64,000 nucleotides of DNA from Gammaproteobacteria bacterium (GTDB lineage Bacteria; Pseudomonadota; Gammaproteobacteria; Burkholderiales; SG8-41), in contig JBGPFE010000003.1 of the NCBI GenBank assembly GCA_041483135.1, forward strand, positions 6,035 through 70,034, read 5' to 3'. This document shows positions 10,032 through 21,533 of the stretch, in pieces (position 1 is the stretch's first letter; each line of letters starts with the position of its first letter). The translations under genes were made by a program, and so were the position numbers. Under the pieces are notes generated by a model that saw only the letters and a list, made by a program, of their open reading frames with translations, was not told where the DNA came from and searched no databases.

Positions 10032-10132
10032 GGGGCGGAACCGTCTAAGTGGGTTGTGAAACCGCGCGCGGAGGTATGCGGATGATTCTGCGTGGCGCTC
10101 ACAGGGGTGTCAAGCGCTCCGCGGCTGCACGG

Positions 10133-10900
10133 TCAGTGCAGAAGTGCGCCGACGCCCCAGATCGTACCTATGCCGGCTGCAATCAATGCAACCTGCTGCA
10201 CCGTATGATGAATTTCCGGACGGCGATGCAGGCCCGGGATCAGATCCGCGACCGCAACGTAAATCATGCTGGCGGCCGCGAGCGCGAGCAGCGGCGGTAT
10301 CCACTGCTGCATGGTTTGCAGCGCGAAATAGGCGAATGCGCCACCGACCATCATTGCCAGGCTCGACAATACGTTGAGCGCGAACGCGTAGTGCTTGCTG
10401 TAACCGGAATGCAACAACACCAGGAAATCGCCGACTTCCTGCGGTACCTCGTGCGCGATGATCGCGATCGCCGTCACCAGCCCGAGCTGCACGTCGGCGA
10501 GAAACGCGGCGGCGACCAGGATGCCATCGACGAAATTGTGAAACGTGTCGCCGATCATGATCATCATGCCGCTGCGGCCGTGGTCGTGTTGCTCCGGTTG
10601 CGCTTCGTGCGCTTCGCATTGTTCTTCGTGGCAATGACGCCACAGCACAAGTTTCTCGAGCACAAAGAAGAGCAGGATGCCGGCCAGTACCGTGCCGGTC
10701 ACGCGCACGGGGTCGGGCGTGATTTCGAACGCGTGCGGCAGTATTTCCAGAAACGCGGCGCCGAGCAGCGCGCCGACCGCGTAGCTGATCAGCATCGGCA
10801 CGTGTGCGGCGCGCGCACTGAAGGCGAACGTAGCGGCTGCGACCACGCTCAACACGCCGCCCGCGAAGCTCGCGAGTATGATCCAGGCCAGGACCGACAT
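10133..10900 (-). CDS. ZIP family metal transporter
   Basis: Polytopic membrane protein with a His-rich loop (HCHEEQCEAHEAQPEQHDH) and the ZIP signature HEVPQEVGDFLVLLHSG. Confidence 0.85.
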   Translation of the reverse strand: MSVLAWIILASFAGGVLSVVAAATFAFSARAAHVPMLISYAVGALLGAAFLEILPHAFEITPDPVRVTGTVLAGILLFFVLEKLVLWRHCHEEQCEAHEAQPEQHDHGRSGMMIMIGDTFHNFVDGILVAAAFLADVQLGLVTAIAIIAHEVPQEVGDFLVLLHSGYSKHYAFALNVLSSLAMMVGGAFAYFALQTMQQWIPPLLALAAASMIYVAVADLIPGLHRRPEIHHTVQQVALIAAGIGTIWGVGALLH

Positions 10901-10956
10901 GAGTTTCCGCTTGGAGGGAAACCGGGGATTATAAAGGACGTGTCAAGTACGGATCG

Positions 10957-11697
10957 CTATTTCGCGACCAGCCAGATCAGTGCCGCCATGCGGCCGGTCA
11001 CTTTGTCGCGGCGATAGGAATAAAAGCGCGCCGGATCCCGGTAAGTGCACAGCTCTTCGCCAAACACCCGACGCACTCCGCAGCGGGCGAGACGCTGGCG
11101 CGCGAGCCTGCATAGGTCAGCCAGCCATTTGCCCTCGCGATGGGGCTTGAATGCGTCAGCCGCGGCGGGCTCCGCAGCGAGAAACGCGTCGCGCACATCG
11201 CTGCCGACGACGAATGCGCCAGGACCGATCGCCGGGCCGAGATAGGCGAGCAGTTCACCGGGCGCGACATTCATTGCGCGCACGGTGTTTTCAATCACAC
11301 CTGAACTCAGGCCGCGCCAGCCGGCGTGCGCGATCCCGATCACGCCGCCGGCTTCATCACACAGCAGCACCGGCAGGCAGTCGGCGATCATGACCGCACA
11401 TACGGTGCCGGCGTGGCGTGAGATACTGGCATCAGCTTCGGGAATTTCAGCGAGGCCGTCGGCGCTAACCACGTTCGCTCCGTGCATCTGACGCAGCCAT
11501 TTCGGCTCCTGCGGCAGGCATGCGCGCAGTTCCCGCCGGTTGGCATGCACCGCGGCTTCGTCATCGCCCGTACGCAAGCCGAGGTTGAAGCTGGCGAACG
11601 CGCCGGCGCTGACGCCGCCGTTGCGCGTCGTGATCAGGCTGTGTACGCGTGGCGGCACTGGCCAGTCGGGGACTATCCAATCGTGCAGCGCGCTCAC
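10957..11697 (-). CDS. pgeF: peptidoglycan editing factor PgeF (YfiH/laccase-domain protein)
   Basis: HSLITTRNGGVS...FNLG, ADCLPVLL and HAGWRG motifs. The GTG start at 11697 overlaps the rluD stop (GTGA). The longer 11958 ORF overlaps rluD and was rejected. Confidence 0.85.
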   Translation of the reverse strand: MSALHDWIVPDWPVPPRVHSLITTRNGGVSAGAFASFNLGLRTGDDEAAVHANRRELRACLPQEPKWLRQMHGANVVSADGLAEIPEADASISRHAGTVCAVMIADCLPVLLCDEAGGVIGIAHAGWRGLSSGVIENTVRAMNVAPGELLAYLGPAIGPGAFVVGSDVRDAFLAAEPAAADAFKPHREGKWLADLCRLARQRLARCGVRRVFGEELCTYRDPARFYSYRRDKVTGRMAALIWLVAK

Positions 11698-12671
11698 GGC
11701 AGGCTTTCGGTTGCTTGCAGCGCCGCAATCAGCTCGCGCATGTCTGCGGGCGGCGCTACCTGCCACGCCACTGTTTCGCCGCTTGCAGGATGCTGGAATA
11801 CGAGCCGCTCGGCGTGCAGCGCCTGACGCGGAAACGCCGCAATCAAGGCATCCGGGCCGCGCCGGTGTTTGCCATAAACCGGATCGCCGACCAGCGGGTG
11901 GCCGAGCGATTGCATATGCACGCGGATCTGGTGCGTGCGGCCGGTCTCGAGCCGGCAACGCAGCAGCGTTACATGCGCTAAACGCCGCAATACCTGAAAG
12001 TGAGTGACGGCGGGCTTGCCGCGCGCGACGACTGCCATGCGCGTGCGCTGTACCGGATGCCGGCCAACCGGTGCCTCGACCTTGCCATCACGCATGACCC
12101 GGCCGTGTACCAGCGCCAGGTACTCCCGCTTGACCGTGCGCGCCTGCAGTTGGCGGACCAGGTTCGTCTGCGCCGCGAGCGTTTTCGCAACGACCAGCAG
12201 TCCACTGGTGTCCTTGTCGAGGCGATGCACAATGCCCGCGCGCGGCAATGCGGCGAGTTGCGGCGCGTGCGCGAGCAGCGCATTCAGCAGAGTGCCGCTC
12301 CAGTTGCCGCGACCGGGGTGCACGACCAGGCCGGCGGGCTTGGCGATCACCAGCACCGCTGCATCTTCGTGCACGATGTCGAGCGGGATCGCTTCCGGCG
12401 CCGCCGCGGTTGCCGTGGCATCAGGAACAGGGTGGAGCAGGACTTTCTCGCCACCCCACACCTTGGTCTTGGGCAGCGCCGGACGGCCATCGAGTTCGAC
12501 GCGCCGGGCGCGGATCCACTGCGCGAGCCGGCTGCGCGAGAATTCAGGCAACATCTGCGACAGCGCCTGGTCCAACCGTTGGCCGGCACATGCCGGCGGT
12601 AATATCAGTTCGAGCAGCTCTGCCGTCACCCCGGGTGCGTTATAATTTAGCGATTTCGGCACGGGACTCAT
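11694..12671 (-). CDS. rluD: 23S rRNA pseudouridine synthase RluD
   Basis: S4-like N-terminus (RLDQALSQMLPEFSRSRLAQWI). Catalytic HRLDKDTSGLLVVAK and RTHQIRVH motifs. Confidence 0.9.
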   Translation of the reverse strand: MSPVPKSLNYNAPGVTAELLELILPPACAGQRLDQALSQMLPEFSRSRLAQWIRARRVELDGRPALPKTKVWGGEKVLLHPVPDATATAAAPEAIPLDIVHEDAAVLVIAKPAGLVVHPGRGNWSGTLLNALLAHAPQLAALPRAGIVHRLDKDTSGLLVVAKTLAAQTNLVRQLQARTVKREYLALVHGRVMRDGKVEAPVGRHPVQRTRMAVVARGKPAVTHFQVLRRLAHVTLLRCRLETGRTHQIRVHMQSLGHPLVGDPVYGKHRRGPDALIAAFPRQALHAERLVFQHPASGETVAWQVAPPADMRELIAALQATESLP

Positions 12672-12675
12672 TTAT

Positions 12676-13482
12676 ATGCGGTTAAGTTTAGCTTTATTTC
12701 TGGCGCTGTGCCTGGCGGCGTGCGGGCTGCTGCCCGAACAGATCGATGAAACCAAAGGCTGGTCGGCGAACAAGCTCTATACGGAAGCGAAAACCAACCT
12801 CAACGACGCCTACTACGAGAAAGCCATCAAGCTGTACGAAAAGCTCGAGGCGCGTTATCCCTTTGGCCGTTACGCGCAGCAGGCGCAGCTTGAAATCGCG
12901 TACGCGTATTACAAGGACAAGGACATCCCGTCGTCAATCGCGGCGGCCGACCGCTTTATCAAGTTGCATCCGAATCATCCCAGCGTCGACTACGCCTACT
13001 ATTTGAAGGGGCTTGCCAACTTCAACGACGATATGGGTCTGCTCGGGAGGCTGGCCAGTTCGTTTACAGGCCAGGACATGAGCGAGCGGGACCCGAAAGC
13101 CGCGCGCGAGTCGTTCGAGGCGTTCAAGGACCTGGTTACGCGCTATCCTGCCAGCAAATACGCGCCGGACTCGATCCAGCGCATGAATTATCTGGTCAAC
13201 GCGCTCGCTTCGTACGAGATACACGTTGCGCGCTATTACATGAAGCGCAGCGCCTATGTTGCCGCGGCGAATCGTGCGCAATATTCGCTCAAGTCGTATC
13301 CGCAGGCGCCGGCCAACGAGGAGGGCCTGCTGATCCTGGTGCAGGCCTATGACAAGCTCGGCATGACCGATTTGCGCAACGATGCCGAACGCGTGATGAA
13401 AGCCAATTTTCCCGATAGCAAGTATCTGGCCGGCAAGGCCAAGAGCAGCAAGTCCTGGTGGCAGATCTGGAACCTCGATTAG
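12676..13482 (+). CDS. bamD: outer membrane protein assembly factor BamD
   Basis: Lipobox LAACG, TPR-like [34 protein letters not shown]. The divergent rluD neighbour is typical for this gene. Confidence 0.9.
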   Translation: MRLSLALFLALCLAACGLLPEQIDETKGWSANKLYTEAKTNLNDAYYEKAIKLYEKLEARYPFGRYAQQAQLEIAYAYYKDKDIPSSIAAADRFIKLHPNHPSVDYAYYLKGLANFNDDMGLLGRLASSFTGQDMSERDPKAARESFEAFKDLVTRYPASKYAPDSIQRMNYLVNALASYEIHVARYYMKRSAYVAAANRAQYSLKSYPQAPANEEGLLILVQAYDKLGMTDLRNDAERVMKANFPDSKYLAGKAKSSKSWWQIWNLD

Positions 13483-13781
13483 CGCGCGAATTTGCGCACC
13501 ACCTGCATTAATTCCCCGATCGCGCGCCCGCCGCGGTTGGAGCGTATCGCCGACTGCACGCATCCCCGGGTATGATTCTCGAGCAGCTGCAGCGCCACCG
13601 CATCGAGCGCGGCGCGCACCGCGGCGAGTTGGGTAATCACGTCCACGCAATAACGGTCGTCTTCGACCATGCGTGCGATGCCGCGAACCTGGCCTTCGAT
13701 CCGGTTCAGCCGTTTCAGCAGCGCCGGTTTGTGCGGCTGCACTACGTGTGTTGCCAGGCTGCCTGCGTCAAGCCGCTTCAT
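13479..13781 (-). CDS. csoR: CsoR/RcnR-family metal-sensing transcriptional repressor
   Basis: [31 protein letters not shown]...ENHTRGC carries the Cys/His/Cys ligand pattern. It is the last gene of the copA-copZ operon. The start is ATG 13781, or alternatively 13790. Confidence 0.8.
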   Translation of the reverse strand: MKRLDAGSLATHVVQPHKPALLKRLNRIEGQVRGIARMVEDDRYCVDVITQLAAVRAALDAVALQLLENHTRGCVQSAIRSNRGGRAIGELMQVVRKFAR

Positions 13782-13974
13782 AACCGGCATCCTCGATCGC
13801 GGTCTTGAACTGCGCGGGCCTGGCGCGTGTCGCGTCGTAGACGATGGTGGCCTGCGATTTTTCGAGTGACACGTCGACACCCTGCACGCCGTCGATTGCC
13901 GTCAGCACTTTCTTCACGCTGTTGACACATCCCGAGCAGGTCATGCCGTTGACTTTAAGAGTTGCGGTTTCCAT
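13768..13974 (-). CDS. copZ: heavy-metal-associated copper chaperone CopZ
   Basis: 68 aa containing GMTCSGC (the MxCxxC motif). Confidence 0.85.
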   Translation of the reverse strand: METATLKVNGMTCSGCVNSVKKVLTAIDGVQGVDVSLEKSQATIVYDATRARPAQFKTAIEDAGYEAA

Positions 13975-13988
13975 GGTTTCTCCTTGAG

Positions 13989-16178
13989 TTACGATTTGAT
14001 CGGCTGCCAGCGCTTGAGCAGCAGCGAATTGCTGACCACCGACACCGAGCTCAACGCCATCGCCGCGCCGGCGATCACCGGATTCAGCATGCCGATTGCC
14101 GCGAGTGGAATGCCGAGCACGTTGTAGATGAACGCGAAAAACAGGTTCTGACGGATTTTGCCGAGCGTGGCGCGCGACAGCGTGATCGCATCGACCACGC
14201 TCATGAGATCGTTGCGCATCAGGGTAATGTCGGCGGCGTGGATTGCGACATCGGAGCCGGCGCCGATCGCGAAGCTGACGTCGGCAGCCGCGAGCGCCGG
14301 CGCGTCGTTGACACCATCGCCTACCATGCCGACGATGCGCCCGCGGGCCTTGAGCGCCTCGACCTGCTGCGCCTTGTGCTGCGGCAGCACCTCAGCCGTG
14401 TAATGCTCAATGCCGGTGGCGCGGGCGATGGCCCGGGCCGTCGCGGCGTTGTCGCCGGTCAGCATGATCACCTCGATGCCGAGCGCCTTGAGGCCGGCGA
14501 CCGCGCGCGCCGAGGTTGCACGCAATGGATCGGCGATCGCAATCAGGCCGAGCGGACGGCCCGTCGCGGCGAGCGCAATTACGGTCTTGCCTTGCGCCAG
14601 CAGCGCTGCGAGCCGGGCTGCATCGGCAGTCGCAGCGTGTTCGGCAATAAAGGACGGCGAGCCGAGCCATAACTCAGTATCGCCGACCAATGAATGCACA
14701 CCTTTGCCGGGCGTCGCATTGAAGCCGGTCATCACGAGCGGAGCAAGGCCGAGTTGTGCGGCGTGCTCGCGAATGGCGAGCGCGAGCGGATGCCCGGAGC
14801 CCTGTTCCAGGGTCGCGGCCAGCTGCACGACTTCAGTCTCGCTGCGTGCGCCGAGCGCGACCACATCGGTGACGGCGGGGCGGCCCGCGGTCAGCGTGCC
14901 GGTCTTGTCGACCACCAGCACGTCGAGTTTCCCGGCCCGTTCGAGCGCGGTTGCGTTCTTGACCAGCACGCCGGCGCTGGCGCCGCGGCCGCTGCCGACC
15001 ATGATCGCAGTCGGCGTGGCAAGCCCGAGCGCGCACGGACATGCGATCACCAGCACGGCGACGGCGTTGATCAGAGCCGTGGTGAAATCACCGTGCCACG
15101 CCCACCATGCGGCAAAGGTGACCGCGCTGACTGCCACGACGATCGGCACGAAGATGCCGGCAATGGTGTCGGCCAGCCGCTGGATCGGCGCCTTCGAACC
15201 CTGCGCCTCTTCCACCAGGCGGACGATCGCCGCCAGCGCGGTAGCGGCGCCGACGCCGGTGGCGCGGCAGCGCAAGAGGCCGTTCTGGTTGATGGTGCCG
15301 GCAAATACTCTGGAGCCCGCAGTCTTGGCGACCGGCAGGCTTTCGCCAGTCAGCATCGCTTCATTGACGCTCGAATCGCCCGTCAGGACCACGCCATCGA
15401 CCGGGATGCCGGCGCCGGGGCGCAGGACGAAAATATCGCCGCTGACCAGCGCGGCGACGTCGGCCTCGGTCAACTTGCCGTCGCGCTCGATGAGCGCGGT
15501 TTTCGGCTGCAGCTTGATCAGCTCTTCGATGGCGGCCGAGGTCTTGCCCCTGGCGCGCGCTTCGAGCAGCTTGCCCATCAGAATCAGCGTGATAATGGCG
15601 GCGCTCGCTTCGAAGTACACATGCTGCGGCAATTGCCACAACGTGACCGCGGCGCTGAAGAAATACGCCATGCTGGTGCCGAGCGCGATCAGCACGTCCA
15701 TATTGGCGCCGCCGCCCCGCAGCGAATGCCAGGCGCCGGCATAGAAGCGGCGGCCGATCCAGAATTGCACCGGTGTTGCGAGCGCGAGCTGCAGCCAGCG
15801 CGCCAGCAATTCCTGGTGGCCGCCGGATAACATCGCGAGCATCTGGGCGAGCAGCGGCAGGGTCAGTAGCGCGGAAATCCAGAATCGGCGCAGTTCGTGC
15901 CGGTATTGCTCGGCGTGACGGATTTTTTCGGCACCCTTGTCGTCCCCGGTCAGTACCCGGGCGCCGTAGCCGGCCTTGCGTACCGCGCCGATCAGCGCCT
16001 CGGCGCCGATGTTGACGCCGAGCGTGACGTGCGCCTTTTCAGTGGCGAAGTTGACGCTCGCCGCGACGCCCGGGACGCGATTGAGCGTTTTCTCGATGCG
16101 GCTCGCGCACGCAGCGCAAGTCATGCCCTCAAGGGCGAGATCGAGCGTGCGGTGGACGGGCGGGACAGGGGACGGCAT
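13989..16178 (-). CDS. copA: copper-translocating P1B-type ATPase
   Basis: N-terminal GMTCAAC, transmembrane CPC (IACPCALG), phosphorylation site DKTGTLT, and GDGVNDAP. Confidence 0.93.
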   Translation of the reverse strand: MPSPVPPVHRTLDLALEGMTCAACASRIEKTLNRVPGVAASVNFATEKAHVTLGVNIGAEALIGAVRKAGYGARVLTGDDKGAEKIRHAEQYRHELRRFWISALLTLPLLAQMLAMLSGGHQELLARWLQLALATPVQFWIGRRFYAGAWHSLRGGGANMDVLIALGTSMAYFFSAAVTLWQLPQHVYFEASAAIITLILMGKLLEARARGKTSAAIEELIKLQPKTALIERDGKLTEADVAALVSGDIFVLRPGAGIPVDGVVLTGDSSVNEAMLTGESLPVAKTAGSRVFAGTINQNGLLRCRATGVGAATALAAIVRLVEEAQGSKAPIQRLADTIAGIFVPIVVAVSAVTFAAWWAWHGDFTTALINAVAVLVIACPCALGLATPTAIMVGSGRGASAGVLVKNATALERAGKLDVLVVDKTGTLTAGRPAVTDVVALGARSETEVVQLAATLEQGSGHPLALAIREHAAQLGLAPLVMTGFNATPGKGVHSLVGDTELWLGSPSFIAEHAATADAARLAALLAQGKTVIALAATGRPLGLIAIADPLRATSARAVAGLKALGIEVIMLTGDNAATARAIARATGIEHYTAEVLPQHKAQQVEALKARGRIVGMVGDGVNDAPALAAADVSFAIGAGSDVAIHAADITLMRNDLMSVVDAITLSRATLGKIRQNLFFAFIYNVLGIPLAAIGMLNPVIAGAAMALSSVSVVSNSLLLKRWQPIKS

Positions 16179-16207
16179 GACTGCACGGCGCGGATGATAG
16201 GCCGTGC

Positions 16208-16236
16208 AGTATAAACCCCTCCAGGGTATCCGTCAA
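16208..16236 (-). promoter_or_regulatory. copA promoter (TTGACG-17-TATACT)
   Basis: On the minus strand the -35 TTGACG is at 16236-16231 and the -10 TATACT is at 16213-16208, with a 17-nt spacer. It lies about 30 nt upstream of the copA ATG. Confidence 0.55.
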
Positions 16237-16252
16237 GATACCCTGGAGGGGT
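16215..16252. promoter_or_regulatory. 38-bp perfect palindrome with two CsoR-type boxes; may also terminate the upstream gene
   Basis: ACCCCTCCAGGGTATC-cgtcaa-GATACCCTGGAGGGGT has 16-bp perfect arms. Each arm with its flanks reads ATACCC-N4-GGGGTAT. The loop is the -35 element and one arm fills the promoter spacer. Confidence 0.5.
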
Positions 16253-16262
16253 ATTCAGGCAT

Positions 16263-16793
16263 TTAGTTGCGGACCAGCTTGCCGTCGACGAGCTTGACCC
16301 TCTCGCCTGTCTTGAGGCCGGGGTCAGTGTCGTAGCTGACGCTGCGCAGCGTGCCGTCGTCCATGCGCACGCTGATGTCGAAGCGGGTGCCTTTCTTGAG
16401 GTTTTTCTCGATCTGATGGCCGGCGTAGGCGCCGCCTGCCGCGCCGACGATGGTTGCCGCGGTATTGCCGCTGCCCCGGCCGATCTGATGGCCGAGCACG
16501 CCGCCGAGCACGCCGCCCGCGATCATGCCGGCGCCGCTGGCCTCACCGGCCTGCTCGATGACGCGGATCGAGTCGACGGTGCCGCAACTCGTGCATGGCG
16601 GTGCGGGTGCGACAGGCGCCGCCGGCTGCTGCGATTGCTGTACCGGTTGCTGTGGCGCGGATTGCGATTGCTGCGCAGTTTGGCGCGCCGGGTCATCGGC
16701 GCTCTGGTAGCGGTACTCGACTTGCGCCAGCGCGGGCAGCGCTGCCGCACAAGCGATGGTGCCGACGAATAACAGATGGCGATAGTCGTTCAT
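16263..16793 (-). CDS. glycine-zipper 2TM domain protein (Slp/17-kDa-antigen-like, exported)
   Basis: Signal peptide MNDYRHLLFVGTIACAAALPALAQ, a Q/P-rich linker, and the glycine zipper GAGMIAGGVLGGVLGHQIGRG...GAAGGAYAG. Confidence 0.7.
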   Translation of the reverse strand: MNDYRHLLFVGTIACAAALPALAQVEYRYQSADDPARQTAQQSQSAPQQPVQQSQQPAAPVAPAPPCTSCGTVDSIRVIEQAGEASGAGMIAGGVLGGVLGHQIGRGSGNTAATIVGAAGGAYAGHQIEKNLKKGTRFDISVRMDDGTLRSVSYDTDPGLKTGERVKLVDGKLVRN

Positions 16794-16873
16794 ATTGAAT
16801 TCTCCGTTGATGCAAGCAATTCTAATTATAAACCCGAAGCCAGCGTGAGTAGTGCCAACTTTGTCACAGTAAT

Positions 16874-18838
<1,965 letters not shown>

Positions 18839-18858
18839 GGCGGCTCGAATCTGTGCGG

Positions 18859-20361
18859 CTATTCCTGGCGCATGAGCGGGAACAGAATCACGTCCCTGAT
18901 GCTCGGACTGTCGGTGAGCAGCATGACCAGCCGGTCGATGCCGATGCCGGCGCCGGCGGTCGGGGGCAGACCGTATTCAAGCGCTCGAATGTAATCCGCG
19001 TCGTAATGCATCGCTTCCTGGTTGCCGGCCTCTTTCTGCCTGACTTGCTCCTTGAAGCGCGCCGCCTGGTCTTCGGGATCGTTCAACTCGGAGAAGCCAT
19101 TCGCGATCTCCCGGCCCGCCATGTACAGCTCGAAGCGCTCGGTGAAGTCCGGATCGACGTCGCTGCGACGCGCGAGCGGCGACACTTCGGCGGGATAGTG
19201 ATAGACGTAGGTCGGATCGAGCAGTTGCGACTCCACGGTGTTTTCGAACAGCGTGAGCTGCAGGCCGCCGATCCCGTCCTGCTCGCGGTACGCAATGCCG
19301 AGCTGCTTGAGCTTGGCGGTCAATGCATCGCGGCTCTTGAGCATGTCGTCGCTGAAATCCGGGTGGGATTTCTTGAGTGCATCGGCGATGGTTATCCGCG
19401 CGAAGGGTTTTTCCAGATCCATTTCGCGGCCCTGGTAGGTAATCTTCATGGTGCCAAGCACGGTATGCGCGACCGCGCGGACCATTTCCTCGATAAACGC
19501 CATCAGATAGCTGTAATTGCGATGGGCGCAGTAAAACTCGAGCATCGTGAATTCGGGATTGTGACGAGTGGAAATGCCCTCGTTGCGGAAACTGCGGTTG
19601 ATCTCGAACACCTTCTCGAAGCCGCCGATCACCAGCTGCTTCAGATACAGCTCGGGCGCGATGCGCAGGAAGAGCTGCATGTCGAGCGCGTTGTGATGGG
19701 TGACGAACGGGCGCGCCGCCGCGCCGCCGGGGATCGGGTGCATCATCGGCGTCTCGACTTCGAGATAGCGCTTGGCGAGGAAAAACTCGCGGATGGCCTG
19801 AATGATGCGGGAGCGCAACACGAACGTGAGCCGCGTCTCCTCGTTGGCGATCAAATCGAGATAGCGCTGGCGGTAGCGTTGCTCCTGGTCGGTCAGGCCG
19901 TGGAACTTTTCCGGCAACGGCCGCAGCGATTTGGTCAGCATCACGAGCTGCTTGACGCGCACGGTCAGCTCACCCGTCTTGGTTTTGAACAATACGCCGT
20001 CGGCGCCGATGATGTCGCCGACGTCATAATGCTTGAATTCCGCATGCTGCTCTTTGCCGGGGTAACTGTCGGTGATATAGAGCTGGATCGCGCCGCTCAT
20101 ATCCTGAATGGCCGCGAAGCTCGCCTTGCCCATCACGCGCTTCAACATCATGCGTCCCGATACCCTGACCACCACCGGGTTGAGGTCGAGCCAGTCGCGG
20201 TCGCTGTTCTCGTATTTTTCCAACAGGTCGCCGGCGAGATCGTCACGCTGAAACTTGTTCGGGAACGCAAAGCCTTTCCGGCGTATCTCCTTCAGTTTGG
20301 CGCGCCGTTCGGCGATGATCTGGTTCTCGTCGGGCTGCGGCGTGGTCGGTTGTTCGCTCAT
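18859..20361 (-). CDS. lysS: lysine--tRNA ligase
   Basis: 500 aa, class II LysRS. Motifs [32 protein letters not shown] and [12 protein letters not shown]. Confidence 0.95.
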   Translation of the reverse strand: MSEQPTTPQPDENQIIAERRAKLKEIRRKGFAFPNKFQRDDLAGDLLEKYENSDRDWLDLNPVVVRVSGRMMLKRVMGKASFAAIQDMSGAIQLYITDSYPGKEQHAEFKHYDVGDIIGADGVLFKTKTGELTVRVKQLVMLTKSLRPLPEKFHGLTDQEQRYRQRYLDLIANEETRLTFVLRSRIIQAIREFFLAKRYLEVETPMMHPIPGGAAARPFVTHHNALDMQLFLRIAPELYLKQLVIGGFEKVFEINRSFRNEGISTRHNPEFTMLEFYCAHRNYSYLMAFIEEMVRAVAHTVLGTMKITYQGREMDLEKPFARITIADALKKSHPDFSDDMLKSRDALTAKLKQLGIAYREQDGIGGLQLTLFENTVESQLLDPTYVYHYPAEVSPLARRSDVDPDFTERFELYMAGREIANGFSELNDPEDQAARFKEQVRQKEAGNQEAMHYDADYIRALEYGLPPTAGAGIGIDRLVMLLTDSPSIRDVILFPLMRQE

Positions 20362-20374
20362 TTTTCTTCCTCGG

Positions 20375-21479
20375 TCAGATTCCCTGTTTCAAGCTGGCCG
20401 TGATGAAGTCGTCCAGATTGCCGTCGAGCACGGATTGGGTATTGCCGATCTCGATGTTGGTGCGCAGATCCTTGATGCGGGACTGGTCGAGCACGTAGGA
20501 GCGGATCTGGTGGCCCCAGCCGATGTCGGTCTTGGTGTCCTCCATCGCCTGTTTTTCCTCGTTGCGTTTCCTGATCTCGAGTTCATACAGGCGCGCTTTC
20601 AGCATCGCCATCGCTTCGGCGCGGTTGCGGTGCTGCGAGCGGTCGTTCTGGCATTGCACGACGATGCCGCTGGGCGCGTGCGTGATGCGGATGGCGGAAT
20701 CGGTCTTGTTCACGTGCTGCCCGCCGGCGCCCGAAGCGCGGAAAGTATCGATGCGCAGGTCGGCCGGGTTGATCTCGATTTCGATCGTTTCGTCGATTTC
20801 GGGATAGACGAACACGCTGGCGAACGACGTATGGCGCCGGTTGTTGGAATCGAACGGCGACTTGCGCACCAGACGGTGAATGCCGGTTTCGGTGCGCAGA
20901 TGGCCGAACGCATAATCGCCGATGACTTTGAGCGCAACGCTTTTGATGCCGGCGACTTCGCCGGGCGATTCCTCGAGCAGTTCGACGCGAAAGCTCTTGC
21001 GCTCGCAGTAGCGCAGATACATGCGCTCGAGTATCTGCGCCCAATCCTGCGCTTCGGTGCCGCCGGAGCCGGCCTGGATGTCGACGAAGCAGTTGTTCGG
21101 GTCCATCGGGTTCGAGAACATGCGCCGGAATTCAATGTCGGCGACGGTTTTCTCGAGCGCGAGCGCATCGATATCGATGGTCTTGAGCGATGCATCGTCG
21201 TTGTCGGCGCGCGCCATCGTAAACAGCTCGCTCGCGTCGCGCAGATCACGGTCGAGCTTGTCCATGGTGACGACCAGCGTTTCGAGCATTTTGCGTTCGC
21301 GGCCCAGCTCCTGGGCGCGTTTGTTGTCGCTCCAGACCGACGGGTCTTCGGCTAGTTTGACGACTTCGGCGAGGCGCTTTTGCTTGGCCTCGAAGTCAAA
21401 GATACCTCCGCAGTTCGGCGTTGCGCTGGCCTAAATCCTGCAGCCGCCGTGCAATAGTGTTGAGTTGTTCCGCTTCCAT
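20375..21479 (-). CDS. prfB: peptide chain release factor 2 (programmed +1 frameshift)
   Basis: Frame 0 runs from ATG 21479 ([27 protein letters not shown]) to CTT TGA C at 21401-21395, preceded by an internal GGAGG. The +1 frame continues into the 304-aa ORF, which carries SPF and GGQHVNK. Confidence 0.93.
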
Positions 21480-21533
21480 CAAGGGCAGGTCCGGGAAAAC
21501 CTGAAATTATACACGAGGGTCCGGCCACAGCCG

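Noticed and set aside
10957-11958. Long N-terminal extensions of listed ORFs: pgeF 333 aa, alkA-like 29906-31027 at 373 aa, csoR 13479-13880, PBP 50642-51766, lolC 25531
   Set aside because: The extensions overlap well-supported neighbouring genes, are Arg/Pro/Ala-rich, and precede the conserved family N-termini. Internal starts that couple to the upstream stop codons fit better.
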